DNA from: an uncultured Actinomycetes bacterium
Lineage (GTDB): Bacteria > Actinomycetota > Thermoleophilia > Solirubrobacterales > Solirubrobacteraceae
Direction of reading: 5' to 3'
Length of the DNA: 64,000 nt
Assembly (NCBI GenBank): GCA_963701495.1
Contig: CAVOZY010000002.1
Span: forward strand, 10,651-74,650
The notes under the pieces are model-generated. The model was given only the letters and a program-made list of their open reading frames with translations. It was not told the origin of the DNA and ran no database searches. The translations under genes and the position numbers were made by a program. Shown in pieces: positions 10,377 through 20,265 of this stretch; the first letter of the stretch is position 1; each line of letters begins with the position of its first letter.

Positions 10377-12473
10377 GTGAGCGTCGTCCCGTTCGCGCTG
10401 CTCGGCCTGCTGTACGTGACCGCGGTCGTCGTCTACAGCCTGCTCGCGCGGCAGTCGCCGTTGCCGTTGCTGTTCCCCGACGAGGGCATCTACGGGTCCC
10501 TGGCCCAATCGCTGGCGGCCGGAGACGGCCTGACGATCAGGGGCGTTCCGGTCGACCTCAACTCAACGCTCTACGTCTACCTGATCGCCCCGGCCTGGCA
10601 ACTGACCTCGGGCAGCGATGCGTTCGCGCTCGCGCAGACGATCGGCGCGGCGCTCGTCTGCCTGACGGTCATCCCCGTCTGGCTGCTCGCGCGTCGCTAC
10701 GTCGGGCCGTGGCTTGCACTGGTGCCGGCGACGCTGATCGTCTCCGGGAGCTGGATGCTGACTGCGGCCGGCCTGCCTCAGGAGAACGCCGCACTGCCGC
10801 TCAGCGCCGCAGCACTCGCAGCGGCGGTCGTCGCGATCACGAAGCCCGGCTCACGCTGGGCCTGGGCGGCGATCGGGTTCGCGCTGCTGGCAGCGTTCGC
10901 CCGCGTGCAGCTCGCCGTGCTGATTCCCGACCATCGTCGTCGCAGTCGCGATCGACTGCGCACGCTACGGACAGGACTGGCGCGAGCGGCTCGTCGCACA
11001 CCGCCTGATCGCCGGCATCGCAGGAGCGATCACGGTGATCGGCCTGATCGCGGTCGCCGCCTCGCCCGAGAGCACGCTCGGCATCTACGAGCGATTCCAG
11101 GGCGCCCCGGATGCCGCTCCTTTCGGCAAGGCCGCCAAGGACCAGCTGACGGGCCTGCTGGCGATGGCCGCGGTGCTGCCGGTCGCGATCGTCGCGGCGG
11201 GTTCCGTCCGCGGCGAGGCCTGGCGGGACAGTCGTCTCGGACCGCTGCTGGCGGTCACGTGGGCTGCCGTTCTGGCGTTCCTCGCGCAGAGCGCCTGGAC
11301 TCTTACGACCGTCCTCGATGACGGCCTCGTCCCCTGGCACATCCAGCGCTACGTCGAGTACACGATGCCGCTCCTGCTCGTCGCGATGACGGTCGTGATC
11401 ATGTGGCGCCGCGTCGCGCTGCGCGAGCTGTCGATCGCGGGGGCCGTCGCGACGCTCGTCCTGCTCGCCACCCCGGGCGTGCGCGACGTCCAGGAGGAGC
11501 GCGGCCTGTTCGGCATCCAGGAGCGGGTCAACTCGATCCTCGGGACGTCCGCGGGCGTCAGCCTCGCGCTGGTGTCCGCGCTGCTCGTCGCGATCGCGGT
11601 CGGAGCGACGGCCCGCCTGCGCGACCGTCCGGTGGCGGTGCTCGGCGTGGTCAGCGGATCGATCCTCGTCGTGTTCCTGGTGCAGGCGCAGATCCTCTGG
11701 CCGTGGCAGAAGGAGACCACCAACAACTTCCGAGCCGGGTTCCCCGCCAGCCTCTCGTGGGTCGACGACGCGGACCGCGGGGACGTAGCGCGGATGATCG
11801 TCGTCGACAACCCGACGCGCGGCGACACGACGCACTTCTTCAACTACGACATCGATCGCGTATACACCCCACCGCAGGACCAGTACTTCGGCAGGCGCTG
11901 TCAACGGGCGGCAATGCGACTGGACGGCGAACCCGGCGGGAGTCGTCGACTGGGGCGCCGGCTGCGGGCCCGTGCCCAAGCGCGTCCTGCTCGACAACGA
12001 CTACTCGAAGGTCCAGTTCCACGACCAGAAGGTGCTCGAGACCCAGCCCGGGATCGGCAGGCTCGTCGAGCTTCAGGCGACGCCGCCGGCCCGTCCGCGC
12101 CTGAAGTCGATCCTGCGAGTCCCCTGCGGACCGCCGCTGCCCGAGACCGCGACAGGCGGCCACGGCGAGCCGCTGCCGCCGGACCCGGCCTGCTTCCCCC
12201 AGCTGTCGGCCGCGTTCTGGCTCGATGATCCGGCGGAGCTGGTGCTCCGCTTCAGCGGCGGTTCCAGGCCACAGCGGATCAGCTTCGCCAACGGCGCCCG
12301 CGTGGACGACATCAAGCCGGGCAGGACGACGACCATCCGCCTCCCGATCCCCAGCGGGCGCCAGCAACTTCGACGCACAGCTGGACTGGCAGAAGGCGGG
12401 TCCCGGGTTCCCGGCGCTGACCGGCGCCGAGATCGTCGAAGACGACGGCACCAGGACCGACCTCCTCTACTGA
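10377..12473 (+). pseudogene. GT-C-fold membrane glycosyltransferase-like protein (ArnT/PMT_2-like) with three frame breaks
   Basis: The GTG 10377 segment (VSVVPFALLGLLYVTAVVVYSLL..FPDEGIYGSLAQSLAAG, a DE motif after TM1) is continued by the frame of ORF 11035..12228 (many TM helices). It then passes through the frame of 11972..12685 to the tail of ORF 12225..12473 (..EIVEDDGTRTDLLY stop). Breaks fall near 10925 (CCC run), 11895 and 12360. Confidence 0.5.
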
Positions 12474-13206
12474 GGCGCTGCGCTGCCGCGCGGCGGCGCA
12501 CGCGGCGACGAACGCCTCGATCACCGGGCTCCCGGGGTCGGCCTCCGGATGCCATTGAACTCCCAGCACGAATCGGCGCCCGGGCAGCTCGATCGCCTCG
12601 GGCAACTCGTCGAGGTCGGACCAGCCGGTCACCCGTAGGTCATCTCCGACCATGTCGATGCCCTGATGGTGGTGCTGCATGGTGAGGTGAACGTCCTGCC
12701 CCGACGATGCGCGCGACGAGCGACCCGGGCTGAAGGCGGACGTCGTGCTCGGAGTCGTCGAAGGACCCCGGGTTGGGACGGTGACGCTCGTGGCCGTGAA
12801 GGTCGGGCAGATGCTGATGGAGCGTTCCTCCGCGTGCGACGTTCAGCAGCTGCATGCCGCGGCAGATCCCGAGCAGCGGCAGATCGAGGTCGATCGCGGC
12901 GTTTGCGAGCGCGATCTCAACACGGTCGCGCACGGCGTCGGCGCCGACCGTGGCCGGATGCGGCTGCGCGCCGTAGCCGGCGGGATCGATGTCGGCGCCG
13001 CCGGCGAGCATCAGGCCGTCCAGCAGTTCCAGCGCCTGCCGCGGGTGCTCGCCGTGCTCGGGGTCGGGAGGGATGATCAGAGCGAGCCCGCCGGCACGCT
13101 GCACCGCGGTCACGTAGGCGAGCGGCGTCAGCACGGCGGCCTGATCCCAGACGGTCCAGCGTGCGTGCTCGACGGCACCGCATATCCCGATGACCGGGCG
13201 CTCCAT
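12312..13206 (-). pseudogene. Class I glutamine amidotransferase / gamma-glutamyl-GABA hydrolase-like (peptidase C26). One frame break; 3' end uncertain.
   Basis: ORF 12640..13206 has LLGICRGMQLLNV (nucleophile Cys). ORF 12312..12680 continues with MQHHHQGID..LGVQWHPE. The break is near 12690. The last ~160 nt of the ORF overlap the convergent gene ending at 12473, so the true stop is probably earlier; a TAG in the adjacent frame sits at about 12471. Confidence 0.65.
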
Positions 13207-13238
13207 GCCCGCAATCTAACCCTCGTAGGATTGCCGTC

Positions 13239-14057
13239 ATGACGTCCTTCGAGCTGGCCACCGAATACGCGACCGTGAACCTCTGGCGCTCCGGCCCGGC
13301 GGCGAAGATCGAGCTGAATCGCCCCGACTCGCTGAACTCGTGGGATCGGCAGCTGAGCGCGGACCTCTGGTCCGCGTTCGAAGCCGTCCGCGACGATGAC
13401 GACATCCGCGCAGTGCTGCTGACCGGCGCCGGGCGCGCATTCTGCTCAGGCGCCGATCTGCGCGACATGCAGGCGCGTGAGCTCAGCGCAGACGGTCATC
13501 CGGATCTTCAGAAGTCGCTGCGCGAGCGCTATCACCCCGTGCTCGCCGGACTGCGCAACCTCGAGAAGCCGGTCGTCAGCGCGGTCAACGGCCCCTGCGT
13601 GGGTGTCGGCATGTCGCTCGCGCTGACTGCGGATCTCGTCTATGCGCAGCCGTCCGCCTATTTCCTGCTCGCCTTCGTCAACATCGGCCTCGTTCCCGAC
13701 GGCGGCTCTTCCGCGATCGTCCCGGCCCGCATCGGCTTCGCACGGGCGGCGGAGCTTGCGATGCTCGGCGAACGCCTCCCGGCCGAGCGCGCCGCCGAGT
13801 GGGGACTGATCAACGGCGTCATCGGCGAGCCCCACTTCGAACAGGAGGTCGGCGCAGTGCTGGAGAAGCTCGCGACCGGCCCGACGCGGTCCTACGCGGG
13901 AACCAAGCGCCAGCTCAACGCGTGGCTGTACGGACGGCTCGAGGAGCAGCTCGAACTGGAGGCCGCGATCCAGCAGGAGCTCGCCGCCACCGGCGACTTC
14001 GCCGAGGGCGTCACCGCTTTCGTTCAGAAGCGGCCGGCGGTGTTCGCGGGGCGCTGA
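13239..14057 (+). CDS. Enoyl-CoA hydratase/isomerase (crotonase) family protein
   Basis: Intact 272-aa ORF with RAFCSGADL and AVNGPCVGVGMSLALTADLV, the crotonase oxyanion-hole pattern. Confidence 0.85.
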   Translation: MTSFELATEYATVNLWRSGPAAKIELNRPDSLNSWDRQLSADLWSAFEAVRDDDDIRAVLLTGAGRAFCSGADLRDMQARELSADGHPDLQKSLRERYHPVLAGLRNLEKPVVSAVNGPCVGVGMSLALTADLVYAQPSAYFLLAFVNIGLVPDGGSSAIVPARIGFARAAELAMLGERLPAERAAEWGLINGVIGEPHFEQEVGAVLEKLATGPTRSYAGTKRQLNAWLYGRLEEQLELEAAIQQELAATGDFAEGVTAFVQKRPAVFAGR

Positions 14058-14097
14058 CCGCCGCTGCCGCCGAATCCCGGATAGGATCCCCGCCGCC

Positions 14098-15036
14098 TTG
14101 CGAGTTCAAGTTCGTCCTCAGCTGGCCCGCCGCGCTGCGACGCTCGGGCTCCTCGTCCTGATGGGCGTAGCGCTCCCTGCGAGCAGCGCCTTTGCGGGCG
14201 TCCTGGCCCCCGAGGCGGGGGGTTCGCCGAACGCTGACGAGATCCGTGAGCTGTACTGGTTCATCTTCGGGCTCGGCGTGATCATCTTCCTGTCGGTCAC
14301 CGGCGTGCTGCTCTACTCGATCGCGCGCTTCAGAGCGAAGAAGGGGGCCGTCGCTGCGCAGATCCACGGCAACACGAGGCTGGAGGTCGCATGGACGGTC
14401 GGCGCCGCCGTGATCCTCGTCGTGATCAGCGTCGTCACCTTCATCAAGCTGCCGTCGATCCAGGACCCGCCGCGGTCCGGCGCCGACGGCGTACCCGTCA
14501 CCAGGGACGGCACCTTCGTCGCCGCAAGCGCTAAGCAGCGCCTCCCGCCCGACGGGAAGTCGCTGAACATCGAGGTCAACGGCCAGCAGTACGTCTGGCG
14601 CTACACGTACCCCGACGGCGACGAGAACAACCTCAACAACGTCTTCGCATACGAGGAGATGGTGGTCCCGGTCGACACCACCGTGACGCTCGTGATCCGC
14701 GCGCAGGACGTCGCGCATTCGTGGTGGATCCCGCAGCTCGGCGGGAAGTTCGACGCGATCCCCGGCTCGACGAACTACACGTGGTTCAAGGCGCTGAAGG
14801 AAGGCGTCTTCACGGGCCAGTGCGCGGAGCTCTGCGGTCGCAACCACGCCAACATGACCGCGCGGGTGCGTGCTGTCTCGCCCGCGGAGTTCGAGCGCTG
14901 GTACGCGCTTCAGCGAGCGGCGATCAAGGCCTCGGACGACGCCGCCGCGGCGAAGCGCAACAGTCAGATCGCGCAGGCGGCGAGGAGCGCGAGCGAAGAG
15001 CCCGCGCCCGACCAGGCAGCCGCCGAGACCCCCTAG
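14098..15036 (+). CDS. ctaC: Cytochrome c oxidase subunit II (CuA type)
   Basis: Has two N-terminal TM helices and the CuA site HSWWIPQLGGKFDAIPG...GQCAELCGRNHANM. Confidence 0.9.
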   Translation: MRVQVRPQLARRAATLGLLVLMGVALPASSAFAGVLAPEAGGSPNADEIRELYWFIFGLGVIIFLSVTGVLLYSIARFRAKKGAVAAQIHGNTRLEVAWTVGAAVILVVISVVTFIKLPSIQDPPRSGADGVPVTRDGTFVAASAKQRLPPDGKSLNIEVNGQQYVWRYTYPDGDENNLNNVFAYEEMVVPVDTTVTLVIRAQDVAHSWWIPQLGGKFDAIPGSTNYTWFKALKEGVFTGQCAELCGRNHANMTARVRAVSPAEFERWYALQRAAIKASDDAAAAKRNSQIAQAARSASEEPAPDQAAAETP

Positions 15037-15060
15037 CCCTCTCCCGCAACGACCGCACAC

Positions 15061-16776
15061 ATGGCAACCACGCAGAGCGCTCCCACGATTCCCACGCAGA
15101 CCGCCGTCCCCCAGATAGCGGCGCGTGAGGTCACGCGCGAGCCCAAGGGCTGGCTGGGCTGGCTCACGACGACCGACCACAAGCGGATCGGGATCATGTA
15201 CCTGGTCCTGTCGTTCGCGTTCTTCGTGATCGGCGGCGTCGAGGCGCTGCTGATGCGGCTGCAGCTCGCACAGGCGGACAGCACGCTGCTCGACCCGCAG
15301 ACCTACAACGCGCTGTTCACGATGCACGGCACGACGATGATCTTCCTGTTCGTCGTGCCGATGATCGCCGGCTTCGCCAACTACTTCGTGCCGCTGATGA
15401 TCGGCGCGCGGGACATGGCCTTTCCGCGCCTCAACGCGCTGTCCTTCTGGTTCTTCGTCGCCGGTGGCGCCGTCTTCTACGGCTCACTCCTCTTCAGCCC
15501 GCCGGAGTGCGGCTGGACGTGTTACGCGCCGCTCTCGGAGAACGCCTATTCCCCGACGGGCGGGGTCGATGCCTGGATCTACCTGGTCCATCTGACCGGC
15601 ATCAGTTCGCTCCTGGGCGCGGTCAACTTCTACGTGACGATCGCCAACCTGCGCGCACCCGGCATGGGCTGGGGCCGCATGCCGCTCTTCGTGTGGACGA
15701 TCCTGACCTACTCGATCATGCTGATCCTGGCCCTGCCGGTGATCGCCGGCGCCGTGACGCTGCTGCTCACCGACCGCCACTTCGGCACGCACTTCTACGA
15801 CGCGACCAACGGCGGCTCCCCGCTGCTCTGGCAGCACCTGTTCTGGTTCTTCGGGCACCCCGAGGTCTACATCATGGTGCTGCCTGCCTTCGGCATCGTC
15901 TCCGAGGTGCTTCCGGTCTTCGCCCGTAAGCCGATCTTCGGCTACAAGGCGATCGCGGCAGCGACGATCGGCATCGCATTCCTCGGGCTGCTCGTGTGGG
16001 CGCACCACATGTTCTCCACGCCGAGCCCGACGTACGTGCTCGTCGCGTTCATGCTCGGCTCGTTCCTGATCGCGATACCGACCGGCGTGAAGATCTTCAA
16101 CTGGCTCGCCACGCTGTGGCGCGGCACGATCAGCTTCAAGACGCCCGTCTACTTCGTCTGCGGGTTCCTCGCGACGTTCGTGCTCGGCGGCGTCACCGGC
16201 ATCTTCCTGGCGACCTTCCCGGTCGACTGGCAGCTGACCGACACGTACTTCGTCGTCGCCCACCTGCACTACGTGCTGATGGGCGGCGCGGTCTTCGGCC
16301 TCTTCGCCGGCATCTACTACTGGTTCCCGAAGATCACGGGACGCATGCTCAGCGAGGGCCTGGGCAAGACGAGCTTCTGGCTGATGCTCGTCGGTTTCTG
16401 GACGACGTTCCTGATCCAGCACTCGGCGGGCCTCAGCGGCATGCCGCGACGCGTCTACGAGTACCCGGACGTCGGCCACCTGGAGCTCTACAACCTGATC
16501 TCGACGATCGGCTCGTTCATCCTGGCGCTGGGCATTCTGGCGACGATCGTCAACGTCGCGCAGAGCCTCAAGAAGGGCGCGGCCGCCGGACCGGACCCGT
16601 GGCGCGCGAACACTCTCGAGTGGTTCACGCCCTCGCCCCCGCCCGTGAACAACTTCGACGTCGTTCCGCGCGTGCGTTCTGTCGAGCCGATGAAGGACAT
16701 CCGCCGCCAGGTCGAGCGCCAGACGCGGGCTGCCGCCGCGCCTGAGCCGGCACGAGCGCCGGTGGCGGGCGCCTGA
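15061..16776 (+). CDS. ctaD: Cytochrome c oxidase subunit I
   Basis: Intact 571-aa ORF with WFFGHPEVYIMVLPAFG and VWAHHMF motifs and 12 or more hydrophobic helices. Confidence 0.95.
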   Translation: MATTQSAPTIPTQTAVPQIAAREVTREPKGWLGWLTTTDHKRIGIMYLVLSFAFFVIGGVEALLMRLQLAQADSTLLDPQTYNALFTMHGTTMIFLFVVPMIAGFANYFVPLMIGARDMAFPRLNALSFWFFVAGGAVFYGSLLFSPPECGWTCYAPLSENAYSPTGGVDAWIYLVHLTGISSLLGAVNFYVTIANLRAPGMGWGRMPLFVWTILTYSIMLILALPVIAGAVTLLLTDRHFGTHFYDATNGGSPLLWQHLFWFFGHPEVYIMVLPAFGIVSEVLPVFARKPIFGYKAIAAATIGIAFLGLLVWAHHMFSTPSPTYVLVAFMLGSFLIAIPTGVKIFNWLATLWRGTISFKTPVYFVCGFLATFVLGGVTGIFLATFPVDWQLTDTYFVVAHLHYVLMGGAVFGLFAGIYYWFPKITGRMLSEGLGKTSFWLMLVGFWTTFLIQHSAGLSGMPRRVYEYPDVGHLELYNLISTIGSFILALGILATIVNVAQSLKKGAAAGPDPWRANTLEWFTPSPPPVNNFDVVPRVRSVEPMKDIRRQVERQTRAAAAPEPARAPVAGA

Positions 16777-16780
16777 GGCG

Positions 16781-17689
16781 ATGAACGCAGCACCGGTCGC
16801 CCCGGCGCAGGCGCACGGACTGGCTCTCGGCGGCGCCCGGCGGGTCATCGCGGACTACGTCGCGCTGACCAAGCCCAAGGTCCAGAGCCTGCTGCTCTTC
16901 ACGACGGTGTGCGCGATGTACGTCGCCGGCGATCCGTCCGCCGGGCTCGTGATCGCGACGCTGCTCGGCGGCTACCTGTCGGCGGGTGGCTCAGGGGCGA
17001 TCAACCACTGGTACGACCGCGACATCGACCTGCGCATGGCTCGCACAGCCGACCGGCCCGTGGCGTCCGGGCGCGTCTCGCCGCGCGCTGCCGTTACGTT
17101 CGGGCTCGCGCTCGGCGCGCTCTCGTTCGTGGAGCTGGCACTGCTGGTGAACCCGCTTGCCGCCGCACTGGCGCTCTCCGGTTTCGTCGGCTACTCGGTC
17201 GGTTACACGATGCTGCTCAAGCGGCGCACGTGGCAGAACATCGTGTGGGGCGGTGCCGCCGGCGCCGTGCCGCCGCTCGTCGGCTGGGCGGCCGTCGAAG
17301 GCTCGCTCTCCGGGCTCGCGATCTTCATGTTCGCGATCGTCTTCTTCTGGACACCGCCGCACTTCTGGGCGCTGAGCCTGCTGATGAAGGACGAATATGC
17401 GAAGGTCGGCGTCCCGATGCTGCCGGTCGTGCGCGGCGAGACGGAGACGCGGCGCCAGATCCTGCTGTACACGGTGCTGCTCTACGCCGTGACACAGCTC
17501 CCGTTCTGCGCAGGCGGCCTCGGCACCGTCTACCTCGTCGCGTCACTCAGTCTGGGCCTGGTCTTCATCGGCTTCTCCTGGCAACTGCGGCGGCGCGCCG
17601 ACCGCCGAGCGGCGCTGCGCGTCTACCTCTACTCGCTTGCCTACCTCGCGGCGCTGTTCGCCGCTATGGTGGCCGACGTCCAGCTCTGA
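16781..17689 (+). CDS. ctaB: Protoheme IX farnesyltransferase (heme O synthase)
   Basis: 302-aa UbiA-family ORF (ALTKPKV, INHWYDRDIDLRMARTADRPVASG) sitting directly after ctaD. Confidence 0.9.
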   Translation: MNAAPVAPAQAHGLALGGARRVIADYVALTKPKVQSLLLFTTVCAMYVAGDPSAGLVIATLLGGYLSAGGSGAINHWYDRDIDLRMARTADRPVASGRVSPRAAVTFGLALGALSFVELALLVNPLAAALALSGFVGYSVGYTMLLKRRTWQNIVWGGAAGAVPPLVGWAAVEGSLSGLAIFMFAIVFFWTPPHFWALSLLMKDEYAKVGVPMLPVVRGETETRRQILLYTVLLYAVTQLPFCAGGLGTVYLVASLSLGLVFIGFSWQLRRRADRRAALRVYLYSLAYLAALFAAMVADVQL

Positions 17690-17710
17690 CCCCCGACCAC
17701 TGAACCGAGA

Positions 17711-17821
17711 ATGGATCGCAACCTCGCCAAGAAGAACGTTCGCACGGCGCTGATCGCGACCGCCGTGATCTTCTTCATGTTCGGCCTGTCGTTCGTCGCC
17801 GCGGCCCTCTACGTCTCATGA
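17711..17821 (+). CDS. 36-aa single-TM micro-protein, candidate oxidase assembly/small subunit
   Basis: Not in the ORF track because it is too short. It reads atg gat cgc aac ... tca tga = MDRNLAKKNVRTALIATAVIFFMFGLSFVAAALYVS. Third codon positions are GC-rich like true genes. Its stop overlaps the next ATG as ATGA. It lies 21 nt after ctaB. Confidence 0.5.
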   Translation: MDRNLAKKNVRTALIATAVIFFMFGLSFVAAALYVS

Positions 17822-18033
17822 GCGGCCGCGTGCCGCCTGCGGGCGACGAGATCCACCTTCCCGGCCCGAGCGTCCTGCCGCTCGTGGTCACCTTCGGCGT
17901 CACGGTCGCGCTGCTGGGCGTCACTTACAGCTGGTTCGTCGTGGCGATCGGACTGATCATCACGCTGCTCGCCGTCGTGCGCTGGATCTCCAGCACGCGT
18001 CGCGAAATCGACGAACTGCCGCTCGACCACTGA
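17818..18033 (+). CDS. 71-aa two-TM protein, candidate small oxidase subunit (subunit IV-like)
   Basis: ORF MSGRVPPAGDEIHLPGPSVLPLVVTFGVTVALLG...; an HLPxPS-then-TM pattern recurs in small oxidase subunits. It appears translationally coupled to the preceding micro-ORF in the cta cluster. Confidence 0.5.
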   Translation: MSGRVPPAGDEIHLPGPSVLPLVVTFGVTVALLGVTYSWFVVAIGLIITLLAVVRWISSTRREIDELPLDH

Positions 18034-18053
18034 TCCGGCGGCCGGCCTGAGGC

Positions 18054-18515
18054 TCAGGCCGGCGCCCGAAGCCCGCGCCGCGAGTCGCCGGGTGGTGCGG
18101 CGCCCGGGGCGCTGACCGTCGCCGGCAGCTCGCAGCTCGCGCCGTCGTCGGTCCACACGCGGACGATGTCGCGCATCGAGAGCACGCCCGCGAGTTCGCC
18201 GCCGTCGATCACTACGAGATGGCGGAAGCCGCGCTGGACCATCGTGACGGCGGCCTCCTCGATCGACCAGTCCGGTGCCGCGTACACGATGTCCGTCGCC
18301 ATGTGAGCGCCGACGCGCTCGTCGGCGCAGTCCTCGCCGGCCCCCATCGACATCGTGATGTCGCGCTCGGTGATGATCCCCGGCCCGTGCATCTCGGGGT
18401 CGAGCACCACCGCCGCTCCGACGCTGCGTTCAGCCATCAGCCGGGCGGCATCGCGCAGTGAGTGATCGGGACCAACCACCAGCACCACTCGGCTCATCCC
18501 GTCGCGAACGTACAT
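18054..18515 (-). CDS. CBS-domain pair protein
   Basis: 153-aa ORF with two CBS-like repeats (GIITERDI.., HLVVIDGGELAGVLSMRDIV). Confidence 0.8.
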   Translation of the reverse strand: MYVRDGMSRVVLVVGPDHSLRDAARLMAERSVGAAVVLDPEMHGPGIITERDITMSMGAGEDCADERVGAHMATDIVYAAPDWSIEEAAVTMVQRGFRHLVVIDGGELAGVLSMRDIVRVWTDDGASCELPATVSAPGAAPPGDSRRGLRAPA

Positions 18516-18698
18516 ATGTGCTCGTCTCTCCCTTGTCGCTGCGGCGCCGGGCCGTCGAGCAGCCCTGCCACGTCAGTTTGTGATGATCGCCTCAATCTAT
18601 AGCGGATCTTCCCTGTCGGTGTCCAGTGACATCCACCGCGACCAGTGGCCCGGGCGTCCCGCTGAACCGCGTCGGCGGCCCGCCGCCCGCACGTATCC

Positions 18699-19091
18699 TT
18701 GGAGAGGATGCAGCGACCTGCCACGGTCAGGCTCCGCGCCAGCCTCTACGAGGACGCGAACGCCATCGTCCAGCGTGAGTACCAGCGTGATCTCGCGCTC
18801 GACGAGATCGCTCGCCGCGTCGCCTCATCGCGCCGCCAACTGCAGCGCGCGTTCGCCGAGGTCGGGAACACGACGTTCCGCGCACACCTGACGGCGGTCC
18901 GCATGGACCGTGCGGCGGAACTGCTCGCAAGCGACCAGGGAACGGTCCGCGACGTCGCTCATCGGGTCGGCTACCGGCAGCCCGCGCAGTTCGCGAAAGC
19001 CTTCCGCCGCCGCCACGGCGTCACCCCGTCCAGGTACCGGACCACGGCCCACCGCTCCTCGCAAGCCGAGCCGGGCATCAGCACGGCGTGA
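18699..19091 (+). CDS. AraC-family HTH transcriptional regulator (DNA-binding domain only)
   Basis: Shows LDEIARRVASSRRQLQRAFAEVGNTTFRAHLTAVRMDRAAELL and VRDVAHRVGYRQPAQFAKAFRRRHGVTPSRYR. ATG 18708 is an alternative start. Confidence 0.8.
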   Translation: MERMQRPATVRLRASLYEDANAIVQREYQRDLALDEIARRVASSRRQLQRAFAEVGNTTFRAHLTAVRMDRAAELLASDQGTVRDVAHRVGYRQPAQFAKAFRRRHGVTPSRYRTTAHRSSQAEPGISTA

Positions 19092-19178
19092 CGCCGCGGG
19101 CCGCCTCCGCGCACGGCCGTTTGCGAGGCACCCGACGTCGCTGCCGCCCGTCCTCGCAACCCTGTAGTTTGCGGGCCG

Positions 19179-20249
19179 ATGGAGGAGGAGGAGACACGGC
19201 GGGGACCCATCTCGGGCCGCACCTGGCTGGTGCTCGTGGCGATCATGGCCGGCGCCTCTGCCGTCGGCATCGCGATCGGTCTCGCAATCGAATGGTTCCC
19301 TGCCCAGGGATCGAACTTCGCTTCCGACATCGACACCTTCTGGGACGTCCTTCTGATTCTTTCGGTGCCGATCTTCGTCGGTGTCACGGGAGTCGTGCTG
19401 TTCAGCATCTGGCGCTGGCGAATGCTCCCCGGCGAGGAGGACCTCGATGGGCCGCCGATCCACGGCAACACGCGCCTCGAGGTCTGGTGGACGACGCTGC
19501 CCGCTCTGCTGATCGCTGGCCTGTGCATCTACGCGACGATCCTGCTGCTCGACATCCAGGCCGCTCCCGCGAAGAACGCCCGCGTCGTCGAGGTGACGGG
19601 CGAGCAGTTCGCATGGACGTTCGCGATGAACGAGGGCGGGAAGAAGATCCAGGCGACGCGGATCGTCCTGCCGATCGGCGAGGAGGTCCAGTTCCGGATC
19701 AAGTCCAAGGACGTCCTGCATTCCTTCTGGGTGCCCGAATGGCGGCTCAAGGTCGATGCCGTACCCGGGATCACGACGAAGTACGCGCTGACCCCCACGA
19801 AGACCGGCCGCTTTCAGGTCGTCTGCGCCGAGCTCTGCGGCCTCGGTCACGCCTTCATGCGCCAGTTCGTGAACGTCGGCACGGCCACCGAGTTCCAGGC
19901 CTGGACGAGGAAGATGACCGCCCCGCCGCCGGGCGGCGGGACTGCGGGCGGCGCGACACCGGACGGCAAGCAGCTCTTCACGGCGGGCAACCCCCAGACC
20001 GGCGCCACCGCCTGCGGCGCCTGCCACACGCTTGCAGCCGCCGGCACCTCGGCGCAGACGGGTCCCGACCTCGACAAGAGCATCAAGGGCTGGGACGCTG
20101 CGAAGATCCGCGAAGCGACCGTCGATCCCGGAAGCGAGATCGCCAAGGGCTTCGCCGCGAACATCATGCCTCCGAACTACGACCAGACGCTGAGCTCCGA
20201 GGAGCTGGACGCACTCGTCAAGTACATCGAGTCGAGCGTGAACGGATGA
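19179..20249 (+). CDS. Cytochrome c oxidase subunit II fused to a C-terminal cytochrome c domain (caa3 type)
   Basis: Has the CuA site HSFWVPEWRLKVDAVPG...VCAELCGLGHAFM and the C-terminal heme c motif CGACHTL. Confidence 0.9.
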   Translation: MEEEETRRGPISGRTWLVLVAIMAGASAVGIAIGLAIEWFPAQGSNFASDIDTFWDVLLILSVPIFVGVTGVVLFSIWRWRMLPGEEDLDGPPIHGNTRLEVWWTTLPALLIAGLCIYATILLLDIQAAPAKNARVVEVTGEQFAWTFAMNEGGKKIQATRIVLPIGEEVQFRIKSKDVLHSFWVPEWRLKVDAVPGITTKYALTPTKTGRFQVVCAELCGLGHAFMRQFVNVGTATEFQAWTRKMTAPPPGGGTAGGATPDGKQLFTAGNPQTGATACGACHTLAAAGTSAQTGPDLDKSIKGWDAAKIREATVDPGSEIAKGFAANIMPPNYDQTLSSEELDALVKYIESSVNG

Positions 20250-20265
20250 CCGGAGGAACCCGCTG

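Noticed and set aside
12312-12473. Genuine 160-nt convergent overlap between the amidotransferase and the GT-C gene
   Set aside because: The overlapping tail of the amidotransferase ORF (..VEEVGPGAVVFDDLGAGQ..) has no family resemblance, and a stop is available in the adjacent frame at the GT-C stop. It is more likely an artefact of another undetected frame error.
15484-16848. 454-aa ORF on the minus strand
   Set aside because: It lies antisense to ctaD, has an Arg/Glu/Asp-rich low-information translation, and the ctaD call on the + strand is unambiguous. The same reasoning rejects 14011..15327, 18825..20027, 46449..47693, 56694..57809, 8094..9473 and 10837..11997.
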